A DNA stretch of 64,000 nucleotides, taken from positions 3,410,001 through 3,474,000 of the forward strand of contig NC_092671.1 in NCBI RefSeq assembly GCF_964355755.1, given 5' to 3'. Below, piece by piece: positions 36,701-51,700 of this stretch (positions within the stretch are counted from its first letter, which is position 1; each line of letters starts with the position of its first letter). The position numbers and the translations under genes were made by a program. This DNA is from Antedon mediterranea. Lineage: Eukaryota > Animalia > Echinodermata. The notes beneath the pieces are model-generated. The model ran no database searches. It worked only from the letters and a program-made list of their open reading frames with translations, and was not told the DNA's origin.

Positions 36701-39700
36701 AACTGTGTGTACTGTTTCCTTTCTTTTACACTAATTTTTGTTAAGTATGATTATTCGATTATTTTAATATACTTTATATTTATAATTTCAATCATAAATA
36801 CTATTATATATAACTTTTGAATACGTAAAACAAGATTTTAGGCCCGTATGATTATGACACCAAATCTAAGCCGGGCTAAGATATGCTATTGACACACAAT
36901 GGGTCAAAATAAACTCATTTAAAATAATCAATGTTAATTAAAACAATTAATTGTTTACCTGAATAGTATATATAACAATATAAAAATTGTTTTCTTTTCG
37001 TATTTCTAACCATAAGTATGTTATTAACTTGAAATACGGAGCTAAAGTTTAGGCCAAGTCACGGCTTACTTGCGATCAGCAGTCGCTCCCGTAAAAGTAT
37101 TTCGGTCGCAGTTAATGACTTTCGACCGCCATATACAGAGTCAAATGTAACGTTGGTAAATTAGCTTAATAAATTTCTTCGGTACATTTTAACCTAACGC
37201 ATTTGCATTGTATACTTGAATAATAAATCTTCCACACATTACATCAATTTTAAGTTGTTAAATTAATGTGTAAAACCAGATATTCTACGACGGAATAGGA
37301 CATGTCAATCTCCGACATCGCTGCTGTCACACATCTCGCGTTGAGCTGGCCGAAGTCGAGCGAGGAAAACTAAACAACGTGTTCAAAATATGGAACCTAC
37401 CATTCGCTGATAGGGTGCATTGATGTATTAAACGGAAAACGTCACAACAAACTAGCGCGTACTTTACAGTACAATATTTTACTCACTACAATATTCACCG
37501 GATTATAATGGTTCAATCTTCGAAATTCTGAACGGGATTTACGCCTCATGCACCATTTTAAAATGTAGTTCGCACAATTACCATGCACAATACGTTTGTA
37601 ATCTATGTTTTATCGATTTCAATGTAGATTTAGCTATAATTTAATACCAAAGTCCATCAAATTTTTCCATAAACGGTGATTCAAAATTGGTTTTTTGTCA
37701 CCAAAATTGGTCTTTCTTTACTAAAAACCTATTTATAGAAGACGATTTTCACATCAAATTAAAGCTCATTTAAAGCCTGATAACATACAACAAAAATTAA
37801 TCCGCTAGCTTCAATGGTAATCATGCGATCGTGTTTTGAAAACTGATGGGTATTTTCCAATGAGGTTTTCAACGCGCGGAAATCGGCTCGACGGGATTTT
37901 AGAACCGTTTTAAAATTGCATTTTCTCGGCAACTACTTCATTAATTTTAATTGTAAACACACTTATACATAGTAGTACTTTCAAACAATATAAATTTTTA
38001 AAGTATTAATTAAGAGTGAACACGATTTATTTACCATCAAAGTCATACTACTTATTCGAATTTTTTTTAATATTTCAAAAGTGAAACCCCTCTGTACGCT
38101 TTCATTGGGATACCTAGTTATATCCACTCTTATAATATTGTATTTAGATATTATAATTTAGTCTTTCCTTCATCCGGTATAAATGATTTATGATTGTTTT
38201 TCATTACATAATTTCCTTGAGGTCAAAGGTTATATATTATTATTAAGTAGGAATACAGTATCCCAATACCGGACACCCTTGGGCGGGCATATATTTTCCG
38301 GTTTTTCGAAAGTCCGGTTTCCTGAAAACATATTTTTAAAGTCATCACGTTGTCACCGAATGCTGCCCGGTACGGTCTCCTAGCGTAGGCAAGGCCTAGG
38401 CTAGGCTATGATTGTGTCAATCTAGTTTTAATTAAATAAATACTGATAGGCCTAGGCCTACTTTATTAATATTAAGCTACAGTAATTCAATTTACCTTTT
38501 TTAAAAGTTACATTATTTACTGTACCAATAAAACATGTTACAATAGTAAATTATTGTTTCTCAATGTGTTCTTAACGGCAAAAAGGCCTACGTACGTACG
38601 TACGGTGAACATAATTTCGGTCTGTTTATTGTTTTTCGTGAGCTAGCTAGCAGCAGCAGCATGGGTGAAGGGCTTTGATTGATGCGCATGTGCAGAGGTG
38701 TCATAATCAAATAAAAACGCCCACACCTAGACCACATGTTTTTTAAGCTCCTTTATTTTGACGTAATTTGATAGCAATGATGAAAATTGATTAGGTAAAC
38801 GAGCCAAGCAATAATGACACAATAATTAATTGGTAACATTTCAAAGTTTATTAACACTAGTTAAGTCAAGTTCATTCCGTTTACGTTTTGCCATAATGAT
38901 TTCCAAATTTATAATGATGCACATTTTTAGTCCCGTTTTTTTTAGTGAAACATTTAAAGTCCTATTGCAATTGTGAATTTAACAATAATTTAAACAAAAC
39001 AAAGACACAGGAATGTAAATTTAACTTTATTAAAAAACAATTCATATGCTAAAAAACAGGGAGTTGTTAACAACTCCCTGCTAAAAACAATAGAGACATA
39101 GCGCTTCGATGTGAAAAAGCCCACCGCAGTTCGATACGCAACAAAGCAATTGCCGCCTCGTGGGTTAACAATGAACTGACCTGTCAATCACAGTGTAGTG
39201 CTCCATGGCAACATTATTTGATCGTACCGCGAAACGTCGCGCACTTCATGCATGGTGAGGGTATGGTTAAAAGCTTTTGTACATTGTGAATGTAGTGAAT
39301 CCGAGTCAGCGACGACGATGTTACGTTGTTTTCGTAAATATTTGGAGTTTTTTAACCGTCAGTCCGGTTTTCAGACGCTAATTTTCGTGTTTTGTACTTC
39401 ATAATTTGTCCGGATTCCGGAATTGGGTATTCCGGTGTTCATAATAAATTACAGTACATTTAGAATAGGGACAAATTGGGCCCTCCAAAAAAGTCCGGTT
39501 TTTCGTGAATTCCGGTTTTGGGAGAGTCCGGTATTGGGAGAGTTGACTGTACAAACATTAATGGTTAAAAGATTGATTGCATTAACTGGCCTGGCAATAT
39601 ACAGTATTTTATTTTAGCAATAATAAGTAAAACAATTTTCCATCTAAAGAGTGTTTCTTCTATAGCAAGACATACATTGAACATGTCAGTAATTCCTAGA

Positions 39701-42700
39701 ATAATGGTAATTTTGTGTCTTTAATTTGTCCATCTGGTTGACAACAATGCTGTCTTTGTTTGCAATGTTATGTAATCTTCAACCTGTTGTTAGAATATCA
39801 TGACTCGTACAAACAAGTGACAAAAAGAAGAAACAATCATTTATTTTGGTATATTTTTGTTTAATGTTTTGAATCTGTTTTATATAATTGGGCATAGGCC
39901 TATTCACATAAACACACCCATTGGTATGAAAAACTACAAAATTAAATGTCAACAGTACGAATTGTATCAAAAGGTTAAATTGTAATAGTGGATCATGGCA
40001 GTTACAAATTATTCCAATTACTGTAAAGTATTGTTATATTAAGTTTGTTCTCGGAAAAAAAAAAAATGAAATTGTTGTCATTTCTGAAAAAATAAAATAT
40101 TTTGTTTTGGTCTAATTGATATTTAAAATTTAGAAATGCTAATTTTTAGAACCCTTTTTAAAATTTACCTATAATAATATTTATAAATAGAAATTGTTAC
40201 ACAATCCTGATCGTAAACTACAATTTACATGCTTCATTAATCTTTGGTAATTGTGATTTTGCAGATGTTTTTTGTTCTTTCTGTGCCATTTTAAAATAAA
40301 ATGTATATTTCAATAATAATTATTATAATTATTAGGTAAATAGTTTTAAAAATATATAGTAAAGTATACAGTATTATTGGCTATTTTGATTTTTAAAATT
40401 GAAAAAAAAAATAACAGATTCAGATTAATTTTAAACAAAGATAATAAAATAGAAAGAAAGAATAAACAAGCAGGAATGTGCGATACTCGGGGTACAGCAG
40501 CAAAAGAAGCTGTAATGACGTCATAAGACCGGATGTAACGTCACATACACATCAATAATCTCGCTACCAAATACGGCTATACGGTACCATCTTCGAGACG
40601 TGATATGGCTGCATCCGGTTAGAAAGTAAAAAATCCGGCTCTATAGCTTTGAGGACATGTATGTAGTATATTCATGCCAAATCCCAGCTCAATACTACAA
40701 CAAATAAGGGAGGAGTAGTACTTTATAAATCGCACTTTTTACTCAATAGTGTGTGTCCAGATGGAAGAAGAAGAGAAGGTGAGAGAGTACTAGACTCGGG
40801 CACTCCGAGTAAAAAAAACGGAAGCTAATTACAATACAGTATAACCAAACTCAATGAATTTTCACATTAAAGTCAATATTTAATTGCCTAATTTATGTAA
40901 ACAGCAATTATGTCACAACTGTATGAAAAAATAAAACGATCAGCTGTTATTATGAAAATACAGTAAACGAACATTTACACCAGGCGGTATTTCTACAATT
41001 GTTTAGGTTATTGTATTAAACATAACCATTTTTCCAAAATATTTCTTGATCTGTTAACAAATTGGTTATATCCAAATTATAATCCTGTTTTGGCTTAAAA
41101 TATTTAATATTAATAATGCTTGTTATTACATTACTGATTTGAACTGTGATATTGTTGTACTTTATCATGGACTACAAGATCAGTGTCTGTACAGCTTGTT
41201 AATTAACATAACAAAACTGTGCTCAGTGAAGCGTGAGGGCTGCACTCTGTGTGCAATCTTTAACACAAAGGCAAATCCATTTTCTATGCTGTAGTGTTGT
41301 GTTATGTATGGTTTCATAGTCCAACTTACTCTTTGTTTGTCTAGTTTTCACTAGATTCTCTTGTTGTTGAAGTTATTTTTAATAAGAAGTTTGTTATCCT
41401 ACCTGAAATCTTTGCAGTACAAATTTATTATTCATAGTCCAAAGTATTTTGCATTGAAAAACCATAACCCTTTTATATAACAAAGAAAACTATTGGAAAA
41501 TTAAAGAAGAAGATTGAAGATTAATTAATAACATTTTAAAGGGCAAATTAAGCAAAATAGAATTATTATTACTTAGAAGTAGTCTTTGTTTTTCAAGTAA
41601 TTCTATTTATTACAAAACAGCTCCTCCTCCCTTCCCACAAAAAAATAAAAGTTACAAATTATAGAAAAAAATCAGGATATTTCCCCCCTCGCCTTGTGAT
41701 ACATACAAAAACCTATTGTTGTTTGTTCCCTGTTTTTTGTAGTGTCAATATGTTTATGTAATGAAATTCTACAATATATAGCCTTACATTTTTTTAATGC
41801 AAAAAAATACAAAATTCACCGAACTTAAAAAATAATGTATTTTATTACTTGCATTTGGCAACAACATACAATCCAATTATAAAATGGTTTATGATTTCGT
41901 TGAGGAGAAATATTACAGATGATGATTATTTTCATATCTCAGGTCGTAATTGATAGTAGATTACGTTCCATCCAATGCATTTTATATTCTCCTCAACCAA
42001 TAGACAGCATTGAATGATTGTCATGACAACTGACTGAATATAAAAAAAAATCTATATAAAATTCACCAACTGGCAATTGTTATAAAAATTATGAATCACA
42101 TATTTACAAACTATTATCTGAATTAACATTGAAAGTCTTAAAGCCTTTATCACATTTATAGAGGGGTTCTTTCCTTTTAACAAAAAGGTTCAAATGCAAG
42201 ACTGTAATACTGTACTACTGTATGAACCTGTGGCCTTAAAATGGACCTGAAATGGAATTTTGATTTTCAAGAAATTCACACATGTTATTTAAATGTATCA
42301 AATTAACACAAACCCATACAAATAAAAACAAAATGTATAGTATTTTGAGTAAAAACGAAATTTTAAGATACCATGGTAAATTAGCGAAAATTACTCACGC
42401 CATTGCAATATTCTATTTCAACGGCCGTCAGAAGCCTCTATATTCACGACGTCACATATACACACGATGATATCGAGAGCGTGTATGCCGCCCGATAGTC
42501 GGTGAATGATCGACGGCCTGGAAAGATACGCGAAGCGTTGACACTAATAGTAATTTATTCAATATCTAATGTTGTTGAAATATACTGTAGGTCCCTATAA
42601 AATGTACTTCGTTTGTTCTAAAACCCAAATTTAGAAGGCCTACTACCTCCCAAACCTTTACTAGGCCTAGGTCCCCAATCCAGCGCGCGGAGTCGATCCA

Positions 42701-45700
42701 CCACCCACATCATGCGGCGAGGCTCCGTTTCATGTGCATCCAAGGACCAAAGCGATATCAACAACTTGCTGCGCTCATTGTCAAGCCAAAGTAAAATATG
42801 AATAAAATTCGTTTTCGAACTGCCTGATTCGTGACAAATAAATTATCATCTCATATTACTAATTTAATTCTGCTAAACTAAAAACTAAAGATTACACATT
42901 TTAGCAGTATAAATTACGAACGAATATACAAAATACACGAACGGAAAATATGGATACGCATCATTGCGCACGGAGCTGTATCCCGGACAACGTTGCCAGG
43001 CCAGAAAAAAACCGTTGATTTTAAGATCTTAAATCGTCATTTACTCGATGAATAACGTTTATACGGTAATAATTTTATCTAAAAAAAATTCTAAATACGT
43101 TTCTGCAAATGCACAAGCATTTTTTAGAAAATACTCCATAGATTTCAAGAGTTATAGCCAAAAAACTAAACTGCAAATTGTCCATTGGAGGGATAGGAAT
43201 ATATTCGCAAAGTGACGTCACCCGCAAATTTTTTGGATTTTCAAATGGGGCTTTCCCCAAAAGGGCCTTTCCCTAAAAGGGCCAATTTATATTTTGTAAC
43301 AATATACATTCTAGCAACACCTAATAGCCCCCAAAACATCATTCTAAAATGAAAAAAATCGAAAATCCATTTCAGGTCCATTTTATTTTAACCAAGTAGT
43401 TAAAATTTGCCTCCTGGAACTGTATGGTTCACTAGGATTGTCATGAGCTAGGCCTATTTATTTAAGAAATGGTATTTCTAACTACACCACTATTTTTCAG
43501 AATAAGAATACTGTAAACGGAAGTATTGTAATGTTTATTTACCATAATCAATTGTGAAAAAATCAATTTACACATAAACATTGCTTCAGTGGTTTTATGT
43601 GCCTGAAATTGTTTGTACAGTGAATTCATAAAAAATGTAACTACTGTATACTGCTAAAATTATTATGTAGAAGATTACTCTATGTTTAAAAAAATACTTT
43701 CAACTTCATTTCATTTAATGAATTAAACTATGTGTAGTGTATAATTTACAGTAGTACACTTGAAGAATTTATTTAGTGGAATTTTTATCTATTTGACCCC
43801 AAAAGAAATCAGACTACCGTATATTTTGGTGTATAAGTTGCACTTTTCACACGCAAATTTACCTCTAAATTAAGGATGCGTTTTATACACCGAACATAAA
43901 TGCCTCACCACACAGATTGTACATATTGTTGGCTAGGCCTGGGCTTTTTCAGGTAAGGCCTAGTACTAAGAGTACAGATTGTACATATTGTTGGCTAGGC
44001 CTGGGCTTTTTCAGGTAAGGCCTACTGTAGTACTAAGACAAGAGTAGGCCTACAGGTAGCTACTACAGTGTACTAACGTAACAGCAACCTGCTTCTGCCT
44101 AGTTTTCAAGGCATTTTAGCGTGATGTTAAACTATATGATAAAAGATTTGTTCATTATGGAAACGTTTACGATTGGAATAGTATTATAGTTATACGCACG
44201 ATCGCCGACTGCTGTACCCCCAGTGATTGATGATGAAGACGTCGTACACACGACGAGCTACCAATTCAAATGTTCCAGTGATGATGCCATCATTCATATC
44301 AATCGTGGATCGGCACGGCAGCAGCAGAGAGCGTGATGCATGATTGTTGCGATCGGGGCTTGCAGTCTTGGTGTGGTAGCGAGGAACAATCACGCCCATC
44401 TTTATTTTCGCGATAATAATTTATTGTTGACCAATACACAGACACACAACCAGTAGGTATACAGTATAAGGATAAAATGATCGAGCGAGGCTAGCCCACA
44501 CACACGTGTTACACACACGGTCATGCACTCAATGTTGCGGGTGCGAAACTCATGAATAACAAGTTGGAAAGAACTGACGGAATGGGGAACTTCCCTTCTG
44601 GTTGAGGCTGGGTACCGCCGAGCCTAGGGAAGAAAAACCTAAATAAAGGACGCCGTTGTAATAGCAAAATATATTATTACAATAATATTGATTACAATTT
44701 AAAAAAACATTGTTTTGATGAAATATAAAGTACGTCTTATACATCGACGATATAAAAATACCGATATTTTACTCTCGGTTAGGGGGTGCGTCTTATACAC
44801 AGGTGCGACTTATACTGTACACCGAAATATACGGTATACATACAATCTACTGAAGTGTAAAATAAAAAGAAATTACTTGGGTAAATTTGAATTGTTTTGT
44901 TTTGTTAGCTAGAAAATTGAAGTCGAGTATACTGTACAGTACATTGTAATTTTATGTGCTGTTTTTATTTCTTTTTATTTCTTTTTATAACATCTGTTAC
45001 TGACAAAAATAATGGGATATTTTATGTTATCAAAATATAGTATGAAACTAAAATAATATATGAAAAAATTATGTAATTTAATAATAAGTTTTGTTACATT
45101 ATTAAATTAAGAAAAAGGAGAAAATACATTTTATCACTAGAATTTGTTTGTCGCATTTGTATTTTAGGAAATATACTGTGTTTCACGAATTGTTGTATAA
45201 ATAAGTATAAGTATGAATAGAGGATATTTAATTACTTACACTAAAGTTGTTTTGAGTTGAAACGAGTTGACATTTTAATTTATTTGTCTACAAAAGTAAA
45301 CAATTACTGTAGAAGCCTTGTCCTAATGAATACGGTTTTACATGTAGCTAACCTAGCACTTTGTAGATGAAAATTACTTAAGTGTTAATTTAATATAAAT
45401 TATAGATGAGGTTTCTTGGGTCGGATCGTGACAGAGTTTTTACATTATAAGTCTACTAAAAGTCAGCTATGGAAATAACATTAAATATTAAGTCTACTCT
45501 GACCTGACATGACACATTAAAGAACCACATGTTAACAGAAACTATATCAGAAAAAAAATTAATGCACTATACACTACTGTAAGTAATTTGCTTTTTATAA
45601 TGAATATTGTGTCTGTATCGTATTATTATTAAAAGAATTGTGGATAAAAGTCATTTGTATGTGATTGACATACTACAAATCATAACAGTTGAAGGCAACA

Positions 45701-48700
45701 ATGATAAAATAATGTGTATGTGATGATGATGGATTGCCTAAAATGACAACAAGACAAATTATTACAGTTACCATTAAGCTCTGTCTACACTATCAAACTA
45801 GTTTAAAAAAATGTGATGTGCCCAAATATGATAGTGATATGACATCACATCCATATATTGATAGCGTACACCAAGCGTAAAAGCTCAGTCCACACTATCA
45901 AACTAGTTTGACAAAAAAAGTGTGATGTTCCCAAATATGACAGCGATATACCTAAATATGATAGTGATACTGTATGACATCATCATGTCTATACTGTATA
46001 TGGGCACATCACATTTTTTTGTCACATAAAGTTTGATAGTGTAGACCGAGCTTTAGACTATTCTCAAGCATGTGTAAAACATCAGTGCTAAGCATTCAGA
46101 GAGGCAATTTGTATTTAAATATCTTATATGTTTTGGGGCAGACAATACATAGTGTGTCTGTTATGTACATTAGACAATGATGTACAGTACAGTATTTCAC
46201 ATGTGTACAAGATCAGTGCACTGCTATGAATTCAGAGATGGTTTTTTTTTCTATTTTTATGTTCAAAATATCAGGCTTGCATGTTTTGTTGCAGGCAATC
46301 ACAGTGTTTGTCACTGTCAGACAGATTTTAATGGTTTTACGACGATGCCTAACTGTGTATATAGTACAGCATACTAATAAATGTAAAAACTAGTAGAACC
46401 TCTGAGGAGACATTATTTAGGACCCAATAAAGTGTACGTTTTTTAATAAGATTGTCCCTGAACAGGCCTTATATACCGTATTTTCCGGAGTATAGGTCGA
46501 GACTTTGTGGGAAAATTTTAATTGCAAAATCGGGGGGTCGACTTATACTCCGACCATGCAATTTTTAAAAAAAATCAAGCCGAAAAAATTTGTTCAAAAG
46601 GCATCAGCTGTCAAGGCCTAGCAAGGTCAGTGGCCTATCATCAATCACTCACAGAAGTTTTCAATTTAATACCTACATTGTACAAAATAATACAACTCCA
46701 ACAAGTACTGGTACAAGTACTATTAATATATCACAAAGACTCATTTTGATGTTTATATTACGCTTTTAAGATAATTAAGATTAAATAGTTTTCGTTTGTG
46801 TTTTATATGCTTTCGTATTCACTCGCGAAAACATCGTAACACACACCACAAACGAACTACACGACATTGGAATGTCCATGCAGCATGTTTGTTATTGCGC
46901 GATATTTTCATCTATACACATGCGCAGTTTGTTTGTTCGTAATTACAATTACTGCGCATGTCTATTCATAAAATAAATTCTCCTTAGTTGGGCGCGTGTA
47001 CATTTACAGATAACGCGATTTACAACTACTCGCCTGTACAATTTAATAAGCCTCCTAACGGAAAACTTGTTTTAATTTATTCGAGTGACGCGAAAAAACA
47101 TCGCTGATGGCAAGTACTGTAACGCTACATCGCTGTCATTTATTATAGGCTGGCGAAGACTGCGGCGAAGTCATTGTGGTTTACATATAATAATAATAGA
47201 TTGTCTTATAAATATTATTGATTACATCTTAATACTATAAACAAACAACCACATTTCATACATTTCTAGCCCTCTTTAAACTTCAAAGTAAGTTGTGTTA
47301 TTAGCTGATTTTGGGGGTCGACTTAGGGCCTGTTCGTAGGGGTTGAAAATACCAGCTTATTCCCGATTTCCGTTCGCGTGATCCAATTAACTTTTGCCTC
47401 AGGCTACAAAAAATTCGAGGTAAAATGTTCACCAAATTTGCAGGTTATTTCAGCGATAATCCAATTATACTCGGCCTTCGAGGATAATAAATCTCCGATA
47501 GAGGCAATGTGTCAAATTTTGACAAACGTTCGCTGCCTAGGGCCGTCATTTCTCCTACGAAGCTCTTCCATACACGCTTCGAGAGCGATCGTCAGCTGGT
47601 GCTGTCCTTGTTGGTGTAGACCGCTTAGCTTAGTAGGCCTAGCTGGTCGGGGAGCCGCTGGTCGGTGGTGTTTCCGTCGTGTAATATTGGGCTCAAATTC
47701 TTCGTCAATGAGTAAAATAATGGTCGTCAGGAGAAGGCATATTTCGGCAGGATTATCGGCGTTAAGAGGCATAAGGTTTGTCGCAAGGATAAGCAGTGTA
47801 AAAGGTAGCAAGTAATTGTTATTGTAAAGAAAGATCGCGAGTAAAAAATATACAACACGAAACTAGCGTGCGAAAATGGGGTCGTAGGTTGTAAAGACAA
47901 CTGACCTTAAAACGTAATTTCCGGTTTGTGATTCGTCGATTAAGCATTTAAGCGGTTAAATATTTCAAGTACGAACAACGCTCAATTTATAACCCGAGGC
48001 ATGGGTGAAATTAAGCGCTTATTTTAACCACCGTACGAACACGACCCTATATTCAGGTAATACCAAAATCAACGTTATTCTAGGGCAAAGTTGGGGGTCG
48101 ACTTATACTTGGGGTCGACCTATACTCCGAAAAATACGGTATTGCCCTTCAAAAGAAATTGTCCAATTAATAAGGATGTCCTCTGAATAACGGGTGCCCC
48201 AAGTAGGAGGTTCTAATGTTACATCTAATAAATATGTTGCCATAATTTATTCCAAAATAATTAAATGATAAAAAAACAACCTTAAAACATTTTTTTTTAT
48301 TAATACAATTACAATACATCCATTGTAATAATTGTAATGGTATGAATACAGCTAATGCGTCGATGAAACTGTTCAGCTGTCAAGTTTAGTATTGAAATAA
48401 AGCAGCAAGTGTGGGTAGATAGTAGTAAAGCTTGGTGATATTCATTCAGAAATTGTCCTTAATTACATGTGTAGGGAATTTCCCTTTTAACAGTCCTCAC
48501 TGTACAATGATGGCAACCTGTTATGCATGAGTGATCTCATGAGTAAACATGGTTTTCAAGTCCTATTGGCCAGTGAGTTGCATTGTGTGACATTGACCAT
48601 CAAGGAGTGTATGGGAAAGTCCCTTTTCTATGATTTCTTCATTCTGAGGATAGTTCTCTTAGTCTTGGAGGATCTTTTTCTTTCACGAGAGCGCATTGGA

Positions 48701-51700
48701 GTCTAGGGCATGGCTGGTTGTAAAAAGGGTAGTTTAAAAAAAGCCCACTACTTTTAGTATGTATATAGCGGTTGAATTTACTGTAGGCTGTGTGGAAGCC
48801 TTCAAAGGTTTTTCGTACAGCACTCCTTCAAGTATCATATAAATTATGTGTTAGTATTTTGTATCTGGTTAATAAATTTCTTTTCTCTTTTTTGACATGT
48901 ATAAACACATGTTTAGTAATCTTATTACAAAAGGAATTTCCCATTGAAAGTTGTAATCTTTTGTTTGAACTAACAAAAGAATCTGAAGAATTTCTCAAAA
49001 AAAAAAAATATTTATCCAGCTTTGTTATTTTTTGTAGGTGTCTAGTGGCGTATGAAAAGATTAATCATGGAGGAGAAGATGCGGACGAGGTGCTACGCGG
49101 TGAGGGTGGACGTACAACCATATCTTATAGTACTGCGCAAAAGTTTAGCTATGGTCGTTGTGTACCAGGTACTGTATACATTTTTCAAAAACTAATTAAA
49201 AAATAAAATAATGCTTTGGGTTATGGCTTGATGACAAAGTAAAAAATTTAGATTAATTATTAACATGTTTTTTTGTGCCTTTGTCAATTATAACCACTTT
49301 TATACAAGAATGTTTACTCAATTTGTTTATTCAATTCGGTGTTAATAACACAAAAACAACACTTTATTTTTCAAAGCTGCATTAATATTAATTTAAAATC
49401 TAAATTTAATGGTTTCCAGTTTTTTTTAATGAGATTAACATAATACTTGATTTATTGTCATTCAAATTTCGAATAATAATTGGTTTTTGTTTAGACTTAG
49501 TACACAATCCACATGTTTAAATACTTTGGGTTTCCTGTGGTTTAAATTGTAAGGGTATAAACCACATGTCATTAAGAGATTGTCCTATATGAATGCTAAA
49601 ACCACTACACAGTTAATATTCTCAAACAAAAGATGTTTTTATGTTGAAACATACGTTTTTATGAATGCTAAATTTGATTATTATTTAATAAAATTATTTT
49701 AAAAAGTTTCAAAAATGATAATCCTTATTAATAGTTTTTTTGATTGATTGATTTTTATTGATTGATAATAGATATAGATAAATTATTTTTTATATTTTCT
49801 TACTACTTAATATTAAATTGTCATAATAAAATAATTCAATTATAAATAATATTAATTTTAATGAACTATTGGTTCTTTCTACAATTTTTTTTGGCCATTG
49901 TTCCCTGTTGTGGGGTGGGTGTCTTGAATGGGCCAGTATACAGTAATTTAATACTGTATTATTTTTGTCTATACAGTATCACAAACAAAATAGTAATTAA
50001 AATGCTATAATATAATAAATATAAAAAAAATACCTGTTAATATAAATGAAAGACACTCGAAATAAGAGAAATAAACATATTGCAGGTGTATAAAATGTTG
50101 CTAAATCTTTAGATTATCACGAATGTTGGGTGAATTTGACTTTTCATCATTTAAAATTGTAATATGTTTGTGGCTATTATTTGCAGTACGGTATGTATTC
50201 ACATGATGAAAACATATTGTGAGTGTTGTTGACATGCTGTTAATACAGACATAACAGGACCCATACGAATCCACCCCATCAGCAAATGCATGTCTCGGCT
50301 TATTACTGTGGAGTTGTTTATCTTATGTTTACATTACCTTTAAAGTAATTTAGCTGATACACATTGTAATAACGATTCATTAATCTATTTGTTTTTATCA
50401 GATAATGTCCGCATAACAACATGCATGGAAACAACTCTTATTAAGCAAACAGATTACGATAAACTGAGGCTATCACTTGAGTGTGGCCTTCCAAATGAGG
50501 TAGACTTTGCACTCAATGTATGTACCCTCTTATCTAATGAGAGTAAGCATGTTTTACATCTGGAGCAGGAACCTAGGCTACTCGATCTTCTGCTTGCACA
50601 TGTAGGCATTTTCTTAGAAGGTGAGAAAACTTATTATTTTTATTTCATTTTGATGTTTTCAGAGAAGTTACAGTAGCCAAGTTGTTAGAATCACTTGACT
50701 AAACTGAATTTTGAGTACAGTAGCTTATTCCCCACGGGCTGAAATAATAAAGGACTCGGCTTTTATTTGTTCATGAAGAAAAAAACTGTTAAAAAGTTCT
50801 TTCTATCAGAAAAAGACATTTGTTCAATTCCTGACAACTTCCAGACCAGCAAAATACCAGGGAGGATATGGCGGTGTGAAATAAACTAACCACCCTACCA
50901 CATACTACCACGACTTTAGTACAATGAGCTCATAATACTGTAGATTATTTCTCATAGACTTTAAGAATAAAGGACTCGGCTTTTTATTTGTTTATTAAGA
51001 AAAAACTTTTAAAACTCTTTTGATTTTGCTAATGGAATCTGCTCATTTTAGGTGCTGGGAGCTACAGAAATGTGTACCATGACAGTTGGAAAACTTACAC
51101 AGATCGTAATTTTGTCAAGTATTGGTACGACACAGTGCAAGATAAAGAAATAAGAGAAGTTATAGGACCAGACTCTAAAAAACCTAAAGGTATTCTTTTA
51201 CACTTTTATTTGGCTGGTGAGGTGATTCTTATTACAATTCCTAACTATTTTCAGAATTAAGTTTGTATAGTTTTAGCATAGGAAATAGTTCAGCTTTAAT
51301 TCTACTGAGATGTATGAGTACACTGTAGTTTGGTCAATTGATTGCATTTTATTTTTGTTTATCCGAGGTAAATTTATTGTTTACTGACTTACTTACACTA
51401 TAACCAGATACTCCTTTTCTGGCCAAATTCTGATTTTTTTTATTTTCCATTAAATTTTGTATTGAAATTATAATATTTCTGATTTTTCATAATTCATTTT
51501 AAAGAATTTGATTTCTGGTTTAAGGAAAGTTTGCGATTTTCTATAGTTCCAAAACAAATGGACTTGTAATTTAATCAATAATTTGTCCAGACAGTTTAGG
51601 TGAAAATCTGAGGCTTCTTTTATCAAACCAGTTAATTTATTCCATAAAGAATGGATTTTGTCATCTAAGATTTTAGAAATTTGAAATATGCATAAATATG

